Below, piece by piece: positions 22,243 through 31,446 of a stretch of DNA of 64,000 bases (position 1 is its first letter; each line of letters opens with the position of its first letter). The DNA lies in the NCBI GenBank assembly GCA_048940605.1, contig JBHLOJ010000004.1, positions 4,509-68,508 of the forward strand, given 5' to 3'. The notes under the pieces were generated by a model. That model made no database searches and had not been told where the DNA came from. It saw only the letters and a list, made by a program, of their open reading frames with translations. The translations under genes and the position numbers were made by a program. The DNA is from Promethearchaeota archaeon. Its GTDB lineage: Archaea; Asgardarchaeota; Lokiarchaeia; Sigyniarchaeales; SOKP01.

Positions 22243-22929
22243 TTATTCATCTTCATTTTCTGTATCTTCAGAATCAACAGGTCTTTTTGAACAAGAATTC
22301 AAATGTCTACCAAGTCTAATGAATTCTTTCCCGCAGTATGGGCATTTTTGCTTCTCACTAGTATCTTTTTCCTGAATTCCAGCTTTCTCACTAGGGGTCT
22401 TTCTTTTTTTCTTTCTTGAAGGTATTATATCATCAATACTCACGTCGTCGGGTGCGAATTCACAATTCTGGATATGTTCCGGGAGATTATCAAACATTTC
22501 ACCACAAAATGGGCATTCTACTTCAGCAAATTCTTCAGAATCTTCCAAATCTGCTTTACCTGCTTTCCTTTTTTCAAACTTTAATGGAGCTTCTTCATCT
22601 TCTTCCTCAAATTCGTCAATTGATAAATCAATTTCTTCATCTCCTTTTATTGAGGCAAGTTCGTATTCTTCTAATTTTATTTGCTTTTCTCTAATTTTCT
22701 TTCCAGCAATATTTTTGCTCTCTTCATATATGTCTGAAAACCTGCGGTTATTTTTGACAGGATCATACAAAGCACAAACCTGACATACGTAGGCACGTGT
22801 TCCTAAAATTAAATCTCTTGAAGGACAATAAGCTAATGCTTGTAAACTATTACCTATATCACCTTTAGGCTCAAGATGTTTACAAACGATTTTTCTTGAA
22901 TATTTAACTTTTTGTTTTCGTCTAGGTAT
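22243..22929 (-). CDS. Cys-rich protein with two C2HC zinc fingers; the frame extends 53 codons upstream of the track start to a probable ATA start
   Basis: Upstream frame is open: (I)PRRKQKVKYSRKIVCKHLEPKG...YCPSRD...VCQVCALYDP. SD GGTGA sits 6 nt before ATA 22929, with an in-frame TGA at 22938-22936. Fingers are CPFC-x9-HIQNC and CPYC-x9-HLNSC. Confidence 0.7.
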   Translation of the reverse strand: MPRRKQKVKYSRKIVCKHLEPKGDIGNSLQALAYCPSRDLILGTRAYVCQVCALYDPVKNNRRFSDIYEESKNIAGKKIREKQIKLEEYELASIKGDEEIDLSIDEFEEEDEEAPLKFEKRKAGKADLEDSEEFAEVECPFCGEMFDNLPEHIQNCEFAPDDVSIDDIIPSRKKKRKTPSEKAGIQEKDTSEKQKCPYCGKEFIRLGRHLNSCSKRPVDSEDTENEDE

Positions 22930-23011
22930 TATTAATCACCAAAAGAAGTATGTAGAATAATGAATCATAAAATATAATTTTTTTTAATTCAATTGAATTT
23001 ATTTGTAGAAA

Positions 23012-24613
23012 TTAAAAATTGTATCTTAAATTTCTGAGATCTTTAATTATTTTTTCTTTTATTTCAATATTTTCAAGATTAGGGATTAATTCTTCAATTA
23101 TATCTCTGAGTTCTATAATTTTTTGTATAAGTAATTCTGGTTTGTTCCAAAAAGATGTTCTTAAAGGGTGTATTTTGAAAATTGCCTTATTATAATTTTC
23201 GATCGCAGCTCTATAAAATAGACATGCATTTTCTAATATATTTAACCTTGATTGATAAATATTGCCAATCTTATTAAAACACATCCCCGCTCCTGCATAA
23301 TCTCCTTCATTTTCAAAATCGATTGCAGCTTCTTGAATTTTATTCAATCCCTCCTCTAAAACATCATTTTCACCTTTCTTTAGGAGAATATATCCTAAAA
23401 TATAATTTGCAACACCTCTATAGAAAAAATTTTTGAATTTTTTTGAAAGTTTAATTAAATCTTCAGCAAATTCTCCAGCAAAAATTAAATGATCATTGGC
23501 AATACACTTCTGTGCCACAGTTCTTAATAAATCCATTATTTTTTCAAAATCTTTTATTTCTTTATATTGGTTAATTCCTTGTCTAAATTTTTCTATTCCT
23601 GTAAATGCGTCTTTATTATTGAATGCTTGATTTCCCTCATAAATCAATTGTTCAGCATTTTCTTTTAATTTTATTTCTCTATTTCTTTTCTCAGTTTTAA
23701 TAGTAAAATCATCTACATTAAAAGTAATTTCTTCCTCCATTGGAATTTCCATTAAAAAGCTTTCATTTGAGCCGCTACCTATATTAGAGTCAAAAGGGGA
23801 AACTTTTTCAGTTGTGTGTGTTTTCACTGTAGAATTAGATGAACTCGTATTTTCTTTCATAGATTCTTCTCCATAAGCAGATTGTAAAGGTTTTCCTTCA
23901 GAAACTAATGCAGACAATTCTGATAGGACATTAGCAAAAAAGTATTTATTTAATCCATCTATAATATAGTCAACTCTATGATAATTATTATCATAATTTT
24001 CATCATTAACATCCATATTTACATCTGATATTCGGTAAATTTCAAACCCGGTTTCATATTTTGTCATCGTATAATCACTACCCTCAACTTTCTCATGTTT
24101 CTTCTTCCCTAAGAGTGTATGATCAAATACCAAACCACAAAAATCATCATTTTTTGCTTGGAACCCTAATTGATTAATAAGATCAATATAAGAAAAGAAC
24201 AACCCTAATCCTGGATGAGAGTGGAACCATCCTATCATATAATAATCCTTCTTTTCTTCATCCAATTTTTCTTGAATATCTGCTATAAACGCATAATGTC
24301 TTTCATCTAGTTGAACATCTGTGGCATGACCAAAGGTTAATGCTTCAGCTCGTTCAATATATACAAGATCATCATCAGAATGCCCTATTAAAATCCCATA
24401 AATTTCTTTCCAATGCTCAGGGGCAATAGATCTATTCGCATATCTACTAGCATATAAAATGATTGTCTTGTATGCTTCTGCTCTAATTAAAACAGGTTTC
24501 CCAGTTTGATTTTTTTTTTCTTTTTCTAAAGGTTTTTTATCATCAGATTCATTTTCTCCCTTATCTTTGGTTAACTCCTCCTGATCATATGGAATTCTAG
24601 ATTCTTCCGACAT
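23012..24613 (-). CDS. MPN+/JAMM metalloprotease (Rpn11/CSN5-like) fused to a C-terminal alpha-SNAP/TPR-like helical domain
   Basis: WKEIYGILIG supplies the catalytic E; GWFHSHPGLGLFFSYID is an intact HxH-x7-S-x2-D motif; C-terminal TPR-like repeats AGMCFNKIGNIYQSRLNILENACLFYRAAIENY. Confidence 0.85.
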   Translation of the reverse strand: MSEESRIPYDQEELTKDKGENESDDKKPLEKEKKNQTGKPVLIRAEAYKTIILYASRYANRSIAPEHWKEIYGILIGHSDDDLVYIERAEALTFGHATDVQLDERHYAFIADIQEKLDEEKKDYYMIGWFHSHPGLGLFFSYIDLINQLGFQAKNDDFCGLVFDHTLLGKKKHEKVEGSDYTMTKYETGFEIYRISDVNMDVNDENYDNNYHRVDYIIDGLNKYFFANVLSELSALVSEGKPLQSAYGEESMKENTSSSNSTVKTHTTEKVSPFDSNIGSGSNESFLMEIPMEEEITFNVDDFTIKTEKRNREIKLKENAEQLIYEGNQAFNNKDAFTGIEKFRQGINQYKEIKDFEKIMDLLRTVAQKCIANDHLIFAGEFAEDLIKLSKKFKNFFYRGVANYILGYILLKKGENDVLEEGLNKIQEAAIDFENEGDYAGAGMCFNKIGNIYQSRLNILENACLFYRAAIENYNKAIFKIHPLRTSFWNKPELLIQKIIELRDIIEELIPNLENIEIKEKIIKDLRNLRYNF

Positions 24614-24743
24614 TTTAGATTATCAACATGTTAGCTTATATAATTATAATATTATTCTAAAAAAATAATAAGTCTGTCCTTAATTAAAATTATGTATAAT
24701 AATATAGAATAGATTCTAATTGAAAATTATTATAATCAAATAA

Positions 24744-25298
24744 TCATCTTGAAACAGAATCAATAAATCTCTTTTTAATTTCTTCTGGTTCTAATGGTAT
24801 ATTTCCTACCTGAGCATTTCCGGGTTGCGTATTAATCTTAATAAAATGACACCCTGTATCTAAACTTTTTAATATGGGTTTAATTTCTTCTTCGTTATTA
24901 ATAACTGTAATTGATTCAAATCCCGCTCCTTTAGCAATTGTTTCTAATTTTGTTTTTTTACTTGTATATGTATTCTGATTCCCTGTTGATCCATATGAAC
25001 CATTATCAATAACAATCAAAGTTAGATTTTTAGGATTGTTATTTGCTATTGTACTTAAACTACCTAAATTCATGAGTATTGAACCATCTCCATCAATGCA
25101 CCAAACTTTTTTCTTAGGTTTTGCGAGAGCAAGCCCAAAAGCTATAGATGAAGCTAATCCCATGGATCCTAACATATAGAAATTCTCAGCTCTGTCTTTT
25201 ATATTAAATAATTCTCTTGAAGGAGCACCAATGTTGCAAATAATAAATTCATTACTTAGAGATTCAACAATTCTCTTTATAGCATCATATCTCTTCAT
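24744..25298 (-). CDS. comE: Sulfopyruvate decarboxylase subunit beta (ThDP-binding)
   Basis: Motifs NIGAPSREL, NFYMLGSMGLASSI, DGDGS.LMNLG and DNGSYGSTGNQ; ATG 25298 overlaps the comD stop (ATGA). Confidence 0.85.
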   Translation of the reverse strand: MKRYDAIKRIVESLSNEFIICNIGAPSRELFNIKDRAENFYMLGSMGLASSIAFGLALAKPKKKVWCIDGDGSILMNLGSLSTIANNNPKNLTLIVIDNGSYGSTGNQNTYTSKKTKLETIAKGAGFESITVINNEEEIKPILKSLDTGCHFIKINTQPGNAQVGNIPLEPEEIKKRFIDSVSR

Positions 25299-25792
25299 TG
25301 AACACCCCATAAAGTTTCTTTTAAAAGTATTCCTGTTGACATTTCTAATGATTTACTTAAATCAACAGCATTCTTTATGCTTTTAATTTTTTCTTTTGAG
25401 TCTATAATAAATTTTCGAATTTTCAATAAGTCTAGTAAATCAGGTGTAAGTTGCCCCATAGGAATCTGAGCCATAATTTTCTCACCTTCAGTTCCTCTGT
25501 GACTCATTATAAATATAACAGGAATTTTAAATAACTGCAATAAAGACATTATAGCATTAACAGAGTTACCCAAACCAGAATTTTGAATTAGAATTGCAGG
25601 AGTTTTGCCACCTAAATATGCCCCCGCAGCTATTCCTACACCTTCTTCTTCTCTTGTGATTGAAATATGTTGAATTTCATTTTTTTTTTCGATAAGGTGT
25701 AATAATCCTTTAAGCATGATGCAAGGTAATGATAAAATTAGATCTATTCCCGATTCCTTAATTGTTTCATATATCTTTAAATCTATAGACAT
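25295..25792 (-). CDS. comD: Sulfopyruvate decarboxylase subunit alpha
   Basis: Motifs SLPC, TREEEGVGIAAGA, QNSGLGN, SHRG and Q.PMG. Confidence 0.85.
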   Translation of the reverse strand: MSIDLKIYETIKESGIDLILSLPCIMLKGLLHLIEKKNEIQHISITREEEGVGIAAGAYLGGKTPAILIQNSGLGNSVNAIMSLLQLFKIPVIFIMSHRGTEGEKIMAQIPMGQLTPDLLDLLKIRKFIIDSKEKIKSIKNAVDLSKSLEMSTGILLKETLWGVQ

Positions 25793-25984
25793 AACTTTTA
25801 ACTTTAAAAAACCAATTATCCTTATGTTATGGTATTGTAATTTTTTGTTTGTTTTAAGAAGTTAGGATTTTTTCAAAGCAATCCTTACAAATTCTGAAAT
25901 AACAAATGACATTCTAAGTAGCTGATCTTCTTTACAAAAATTTAATTAAATCTAACAATTAATAAATTTCATGGAATTAAATCT

Positions 25985-26377
25985 TTGAAGGTGAAAATAA
26001 TAGTTATAGAAATAATTGCATCAATTTATACCATTATAATAGGAATTGCAATGTTATGTATGTGGATTTTTCTATTAGGAAAAAGAGAAGTTCCAGATCT
26101 TACCACAAAGCCAACACAAATATCTTTTCATTTAATTGCTGAATTTTTAACATCTATAATGCTCTTGATTGGAGGATTTGGGTTATTTACTGAACAATCT
26201 TGGGGCACAGCGATATTTTATATAGCTATTGGAATGGTGATTTATTCTACTATAAATGCCGCAGGTTTTTATGGTCAGTTAAAAGATTGGCCAATGTTTA
26301 TTATGTTAATTGTATTTACAATCATTTCCCTCTTAATTACTACATTGATAATTCTTGTTGAATTCGATGTACTTTAA
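25985..26377 (+). CDS. Four-TM hypothetical membrane protein
   Basis: Four hydrophobic helices with conserved-looking FHLIAEF and Y..INAAG.Y. The start may be ATA 26000 after the AGGTGA SD. Confidence 0.7.
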   Translation: MKVKIIVIEIIASIYTIIIGIAMLCMWIFLLGKREVPDLTTKPTQISFHLIAEFLTSIMLLIGGFGLFTEQSWGTAIFYIAIGMVIYSTINAAGFYGQLKDWPMFIMLIVFTIISLLITTLIILVEFDVL

Positions 26378-26384
26378 TTAAAGC

Positions 26385-27590
26385 TTAAAATACTCCCTTT
26401 TTTTTCAGCTCTAAAATTTTTTCATTCGAATATCCAAGATTTCTTAAAATTTCTTTCGTGTGTTGACCTTTTTCAGGAGCAAAAGTTTTAATTTTGAGTG
26501 GTGTTCGAGAATATTTAATTGGGGATGCTACATTTTGAATTTTTCCAAGTTTAGGATGTTCTATCTCTACCACCATTTCACGGATTTGAATTTGAGGATC
26601 TTCACAAGCTTCTGAAAAAGTTTTAACCGGCATAACACATGCATCGAGATTTATAAATATGTCCATCCATTCTTGTTGTGTTTTTTTTAAGAATTCTTTT
26701 TGAATTTCCTCAAAAACTTCTTCTTTTTTTAGTTCTTGGTCAAATTGTCTTGGTATTAAATCATCTCGACCCAATCCCTTACAAAATTCTCTCCAAAATT
26801 TAACTTCTATAATTCCAACCGATAAAAATTTATTATCCTTAGTTTTATAGACAGAATAAAAAGGAAAGTCTCCATGTAAAACATTTACTTCTTCACCGTT
26901 TTCTTTAGCGAAATGAAAAGCCGCAACTAAAGGGATAAATGAGAAGACTGAATCTGTCATTGAAATATCTATATATTGTCCTTTTTTTTCGGGATTATTT
27001 TCTCTTTCAATGATTGCACCTAATATTCCTATAGCAGTAACCAATCCTCCACCTATATCAGCAGCTTGAACACCAGGATTTATAGGCTGTCTTGTTAGAT
27101 CTTTTGATCCAAAAACTTTTCTCTCCTTAGTTAAATCTAAAATACCACAAATTCCTATATAATTAAGATCATGACCCGCAATTTGTTCATATGGACCATA
27201 TTGACCATAACCGGTTAGTGAACAACATATTATTGATGGATTGATTAAAGATAAAGTATCATAATCTATTTTCAATTTTTTCATTACCTTTGGTCGAAAC
27301 GTATCTAATACTACATCTGCTTGTTTTACTAATTCATAAAAAATATCTCTTGCTTCAGGTTTTTTGAGGTTAAGTGCAATTGATTTTTTATTCCTCATCA
27401 GAATGGAACTAAAAGCACTTACACGATATTTTCCTTTTTGGTAGAAGGGGGGTGTATTATCATAAAGGTACTTAGGATCTTCAATGCGGATAACTTCTGC
27501 CCCTAAATCTCCGAGAATCATAGAACAATATGGGCCAGGTAACATTCTAGAGAGATCCAAAATAACTTTTCCTTCTAAAGGTAATGGCAT
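26385..27590 (-). CDS. CaiB/BaiF family III CoA-transferase
   Basis: Motifs LDLSRMLPGP...LGDLGAEVIRIE, RNKKSI.LNLK, GYGQ.GP, AGHDLNY and GQYIDISM. Confidence 0.95.
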   Translation of the reverse strand: MPLPLEGKVILDLSRMLPGPYCSMILGDLGAEVIRIEDPKYLYDNTPPFYQKGKYRVSAFSSILMRNKKSIALNLKKPEARDIFYELVKQADVVLDTFRPKVMKKLKIDYDTLSLINPSIICCSLTGYGQYGPYEQIAGHDLNYIGICGILDLTKERKVFGSKDLTRQPINPGVQAADIGGGLVTAIGILGAIIERENNPEKKGQYIDISMTDSVFSFIPLVAAFHFAKENGEEVNVLHGDFPFYSVYKTKDNKFLSVGIIEVKFWREFCKGLGRDDLIPRQFDQELKKEEVFEEIQKEFLKKTQQEWMDIFINLDACVMPVKTFSEACEDPQIQIREMVVEIEHPKLGKIQNVASPIKYSRTPLKIKTFAPEKGQHTKEILRNLGYSNEKILELKKKGVF

Positions 27591-27660
27591 AATAAATAAG
27601 AATTAAGAAATCATAATTAAAAGTTTTCGAAAATAAGAAACATTTAAAATACAAATGGGT

Positions 27661-29088
27661 TTATTCATATAAAGACTGATTCCTCCTTCTCTGAATCCAG
27701 GATATCTTACCAGATTTACTAACTTGAAAAATTTCAAAATCATTGTTTTTCCAAGTTATTATCCATGATGAGCTCGTAAAATAATTAATTGGATTATCAG
27801 TCATTTTTAATTCTTTAAATACTGATTGAGATTTAAATAATTTAGACATAAATTTAATGTCGTTTAATTCTAAATGCTTCTTATGGACTGAGTTTCCATG
27901 CGATTTATAATTGTAAAAAAAATCGAATGGTGAATTTGAAATATTCTTTCCTTCTATACTTAATGTATCAAGGATTTTGTTATTATCATTGTTTTCTATT
28001 ATCGAAATTCTATTAAATCCAAGATAAAGGTGCTTTAATTGTTTTAATATGTTCAATTGTCTGATAGCACTTATCTTATTATTTCTGAGGTCTAAAAACT
28101 TTAAATTTTTTAAGTTATCTAGACCCTTAATTTCAGATATTTGATTATAACTTAGATCTAAAAATTCTAGGGTTGTAAGTTTATCTAAACCTTTAATCTC
28201 ATTTATTTTGTTATTACTAAGATCTAATCTTTTTAAATTTTTGAGGTTCTCCAATCCCTTTATTTCATTAATTTTATTATTTCTTAGATTTAAGATTTCT
28301 AAATTTGATAAATGTTCTAAATTTTCTATTTCTGCAATCTGATTATCATAAACCAATAGTGATTTCAAATTAGAAAGGTGTTCGAACCCTTGAATCTTAA
28401 GAATCTCATTATTACTAAGATACAAGTATTCTAATTTCTTAAGGTGATCTAAACCTTTAACTTCTTTAATATTATTCCATTGAAGGTGTAATGATTTCAA
28501 ATTAATTAGGTTATGCAAACTCTTTATTTCCGTAATCCTATTAAAATTTAAATATAATTTAGTTAAATTTGTTAACTTACTTAATCCTTTAATTTCTGAT
28601 ATTTTACCAATACCAATACTACTTAAATTAATAGTTGGATCAGTCCCAAATGGAAAAAAAATTCTGCCTTTAACATCGATATATTCAATCTCTTTCAATA
28701 ATGACTTTAATTTTATATTTTTTGTTTTTTCTAATGCTTTGATCATTAGAATGGTACAAGACTCTGATTCTTCATTTTTTAAAGCCCATTTAATTGGTTT
28801 TAAAGCATAATCGGGGAAATTTCTAATAATTATACTCGCGGCATTTCCTCTTACTATTTCATTCAAATCTGAAATTAATAGGTTCTCTAGAAAAAAGTAA
28901 ACCTTTTCTTCTTTAGATCCTATTAATCCTAAGAATTTTACACTAGATATTCTAGTTTGGTTATCTATTTCGAGAGGATTCTCAATTATTGATATCAGTA
29001 ATTCTGATGCTTTACTCTTATCTAATTTATTTTCTTTAAAACCATTGAATATTTCCTTAGGTGATAATGTTGACATCTGGTAATTCAT
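27661..29088 (-). CDS. HEAT-like N-terminus plus leucine-rich repeat protein (SDS22-class LRR)
   Basis: About 10 tandem 22-aa repeats of LxxLxLxxNxIxEIKGLxxLxx. Confidence 0.9.
   Translation of the reverse strand: MNYQMSTLSPKEIFNGFKENKLDKSKASELLISIIENPLEIDNQTRISSVKFLGLIGSKEEKVYFFLENLLISDLNEIVRGNAASIIIRNFPDYALKPIKWALKNEESESCTILMIKALEKTKNIKLKSLLKEIEYIDVKGRIFFPFGTDPTINLSSIGIGKISEIKGLSKLTNLTKLYLNFNRITEIKSLHNLINLKSLHLQWNNIKEVKGLDHLKKLEYLYLSNNEILKIQGFEHLSNLKSLLVYDNQIAEIENLEHLSNLEILNLRNNKINEIKGLENLKNLKRLDLSNNKINEIKGLDKLTTLEFLDLSYNQISEIKGLDNLKNLKFLDLRNNKISAIRQLNILKQLKHLYLGFNRISIIENNDNNKILDTLSIEGKNISNSPFDFFYNYKSHGNSVHKKHLELNDIKFMSKLFKSQSVFKELKMTDNPINYFTSSSWIITWKNNDFEIFQVSKSGKISWIQRRRNQSLYE
28000..28630 (-). 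repeat. Intragenic 66-bp-period LRR coding repeats (boundaries approximate)
   Basis: Repeated NKINEIKGL / NQISEIKGL units are visible in both protein and DNA. Confidence 0.8.
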
Positions 29089-29136
29089 TAAATAAATCTT
29101 AATTAATAATAATGTAGAAAAAAAATAAGTAAAATT

Positions 29137-29649
29137 CTATAGTTCTATTATTTCTGCTTCCATCGTTTTCGTATCTATAAATGCAAATGTCGATTTACCT
29201 GTTAAATAACCGCATAATTCGCCTGGATTAACCACTAAAACTCCATTTTCATATTTTTTATTACTTAAAGAATGAGTATGTCCTGATAAAATAATATCAA
29301 ATTTACCAGAAAGAGCTAGTGCTTCTATAGTTTCTTTCTTTGGCATGTGAGATGCAAAGATTCTCTTTCCTCCTAATTCTAATATTAATTCATTACCACG
29401 CTCAGCAAACTTGCAAATTTGACCTAGGTTTTGTTTCAAATACAATCTTTCTCCATCATTGTTCCCAAAAACACCATAAAAACTTGTCTTTATACCAGCA
29501 TTGAGTGTATCAAACCATGTTTTGACAAACGGCGCAACAAAATCTCCACAATGAATAAGAGCATCTGCAGCTCTCTCATTTATTATAGAAACTGCTTTTA
29601 ATATGTTATCTTTATGATCATGTGAATCAGAAATACAAGCTATTTTCAT
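29137..29649 (-). CDS. Metallophosphoesterase, YfcE/MJ0936/Vps29 family
   Basis: Motifs ISDSH, IHCGD, GNND, SGHTH and NPGE. Confidence 0.92.
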   Translation of the reverse strand: MKIACISDSHDHKDNILKAVSIINERAADALIHCGDFVAPFVKTWFDTLNAGIKTSFYGVFGNNDGERLYLKQNLGQICKFAERGNELILELGGKRIFASHMPKKETIEALALSGKFDIILSGHTHSLSNKKYENGVLVVNPGELCGYLTGKSTFAFIDTKTMEAEIIEL

Positions 29650-29754
29650 CTTTTAAAAATCTCCTTTAGTATAAAAATAATATGAATTAGATATAATTAA
29701 ATTAAATTATTATATGTTTTATATTAATACTAACGAAAATTTTGTGATTTCTAT

Positions 29755-30831
29755 ATGATAGAAGAATTCCTTAAAACAGAGAAAACTCATGTTGATAAAG
29801 AATTGGAGAAATACTTTTTTCAATTAAACAAATCAGAAAAGGATATTCTTCTCAAGGATTTTATTACGCAATTAGAAGAATATATTTTAAATGAGAAAGC
29901 AAAAAGAATTCATCCTATTTTGTTAAATTCTGCTTTTTCTGGTATTGTAAACCCAATGTATTTAGAAGATCAAATCGAGCAAATTCGAGAAGTCTCTATA
30001 GCAGTTGAATTATTACATAGCGGGAATTTAATTCATGACGATCTGTTAGATGATGATATAATAAGAAGAGGCAAACCAACCTTTCACATACAGTTAAAAA
30101 ATGAGTTGAACCAAATCTATAAGGATTTAAACGTTCCAAAAAGAGATGATATTGTGGATTTATATGGAAGGGATATGTCAATCTTAGGTGGAACACAAGG
30201 ATATCTATTAGGTTTAGACATAATAAAGTCAGCAAAATTTTCGGAACATATTAAACTATTAGCTATTAATGAATATACACAGGCAATGGATTTTCTAATG
30301 AAAGGGCAATTAATTGAAGAATACATGAATTATAATAATATAACAATGACATTAGAACAGTATTTAAATATAGCAGAGTACCAGAAGGCTCGTTTATTTG
30401 AAAAATCCGCAAAGATAGGAGCTATTTTAGCAAAAGGTAATATCCATTATCAAATCAAACCTCTAAGCGACGCACTTCTAAGTATTGGTCAAGCTCATGC
30501 TATAAGAGATGATCTTATCGACCTTGAAGATGATATTAGATCAAAAAATCGTTCAAAAATAATTTATATATTAGCAGTCCAAAACACAGATGAAGACCAA
30601 TCGAAGATCTTAAATGAAATTTATCATAAAGACAATATAAATAAAGATGATATAAAAGAAGTGAAAAATATTTTCACTGAGACGAATGCTATGATAATTG
30701 CTGAACACTTAGCGAAAAACTTGGTAGAACAATCAAAGAATAACTTAAAGGACATATATCCTGATCTCAATAAGGAACAGAAGATTTTTTTTAATGAATT
30801 TTCTGACTTTGTTTTTGAAAGAGAGTTTTAA
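29755..30831 (+). CDS. Polyprenyl diphosphate synthase (GGPP synthase family)
   Basis: First Asp-rich motif LIHDDLLDDD..RRGKPT, GQ motif, second motif IRDDLID. Confidence 0.88.
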   Translation: MIEEFLKTEKTHVDKELEKYFFQLNKSEKDILLKDFITQLEEYILNEKAKRIHPILLNSAFSGIVNPMYLEDQIEQIREVSIAVELLHSGNLIHDDLLDDDIIRRGKPTFHIQLKNELNQIYKDLNVPKRDDIVDLYGRDMSILGGTQGYLLGLDIIKSAKFSEHIKLLAINEYTQAMDFLMKGQLIEEYMNYNNITMTLEQYLNIAEYQKARLFEKSAKIGAILAKGNIHYQIKPLSDALLSIGQAHAIRDDLIDLEDDIRSKNRSKIIYILAVQNTDEDQSKILNEIYHKDNINKDDIKEVKNIFTETNAMIIAEHLAKNLVEQSKNNLKDIYPDLNKEQKIFFNEFSDFVFEREF

Positions 30832-30849
30832 CTGTAGAAACTCTTTCTT

Positions 30850-31446
30850 TTATACAACTACATAAGGTATATTTAGTCTTCCTAACATTATGTTGTTAAG
30901 TTCTTTGAATACTTCTAAAACATTATAATTTTCTAAAGAGGAGGTTCTAAAAAATCCATCTAATTGTTTTTCTCTTACAAACTTTTGAATTAATTTATCA
31001 CTGACAATTTCTGAGGTGGGAGTTTTCTCTAATAAATCTCTCTTACTTCCTACTAAGATAATAGGGATATCTGAACTAATTGTGTGTTCAATTATTTGTT
31101 CATACCAAAAATCTAACTGGTTAAAGGAATATTTATTTACTAAATCAAAAACTAATAAAGCACCATTAGCACCTTCCATAAATCGAGGAATTAATGGTTT
31201 AAAACGCTCTTGACCACCAAAATCAAAAATAGAATTAACAACATAATTCTCATTTGTTTCATCTGGATTTGTCTTAAAATTTATCTTTAAATGAACTGAA
31301 TGAAAATTTATTCCAATTGTTGGAGAAGTATCGAAATCAAATGAATTGAAGCAGTAACGATTAAAAAGGCATGTTTTTCCTACTGAACTCGCCCCACATA
31401 TTACTATTTTAAAGCTATATATAACCTCTTTTCCATCCTGACTCAT
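30850..31446 (-). CDS. Rab/Ras-superfamily small GTPase
   Basis: G1 GASSVGKT, G2 PTIG, G3 FDFGGQERF, G4 GSKRD, G5 TSSL; no C-terminal Cys. Confidence 0.92.
   Translation of the reverse strand: MSQDGKEVIYSFKIVICGASSVGKTCLFNRYCFNSFDFDTSPTIGINFHSVHLKINFKTNPDETNENYVVNSIFDFGGQERFKPLIPRFMEGANGALLVFDLVNKYSFNQLDFWYEQIIEHTISSDIPIILVGSKRDLLEKTPTSEIVSDKLIQKFVREKQLDGFFRTSSLENYNVLEVFKELNNIMLGRLNIPYVVV

Noticed and set aside
29137-29649. Vps29/retromer homolog
   Set aside because: It has a full catalytic motif set of the ubiquitous YfcE/MJ0936 family, and no Vps26/Vps35-like neighbours.
29755-31446. Polyprenyl synthase next to a Rab-like GTPase as a protein-prenylation module
   Set aside because: The genes are convergent and the GTPase ends IPYVVV with no Cys. 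The prenyltransferase-like protein at 47882 looks extracytoplasmic.
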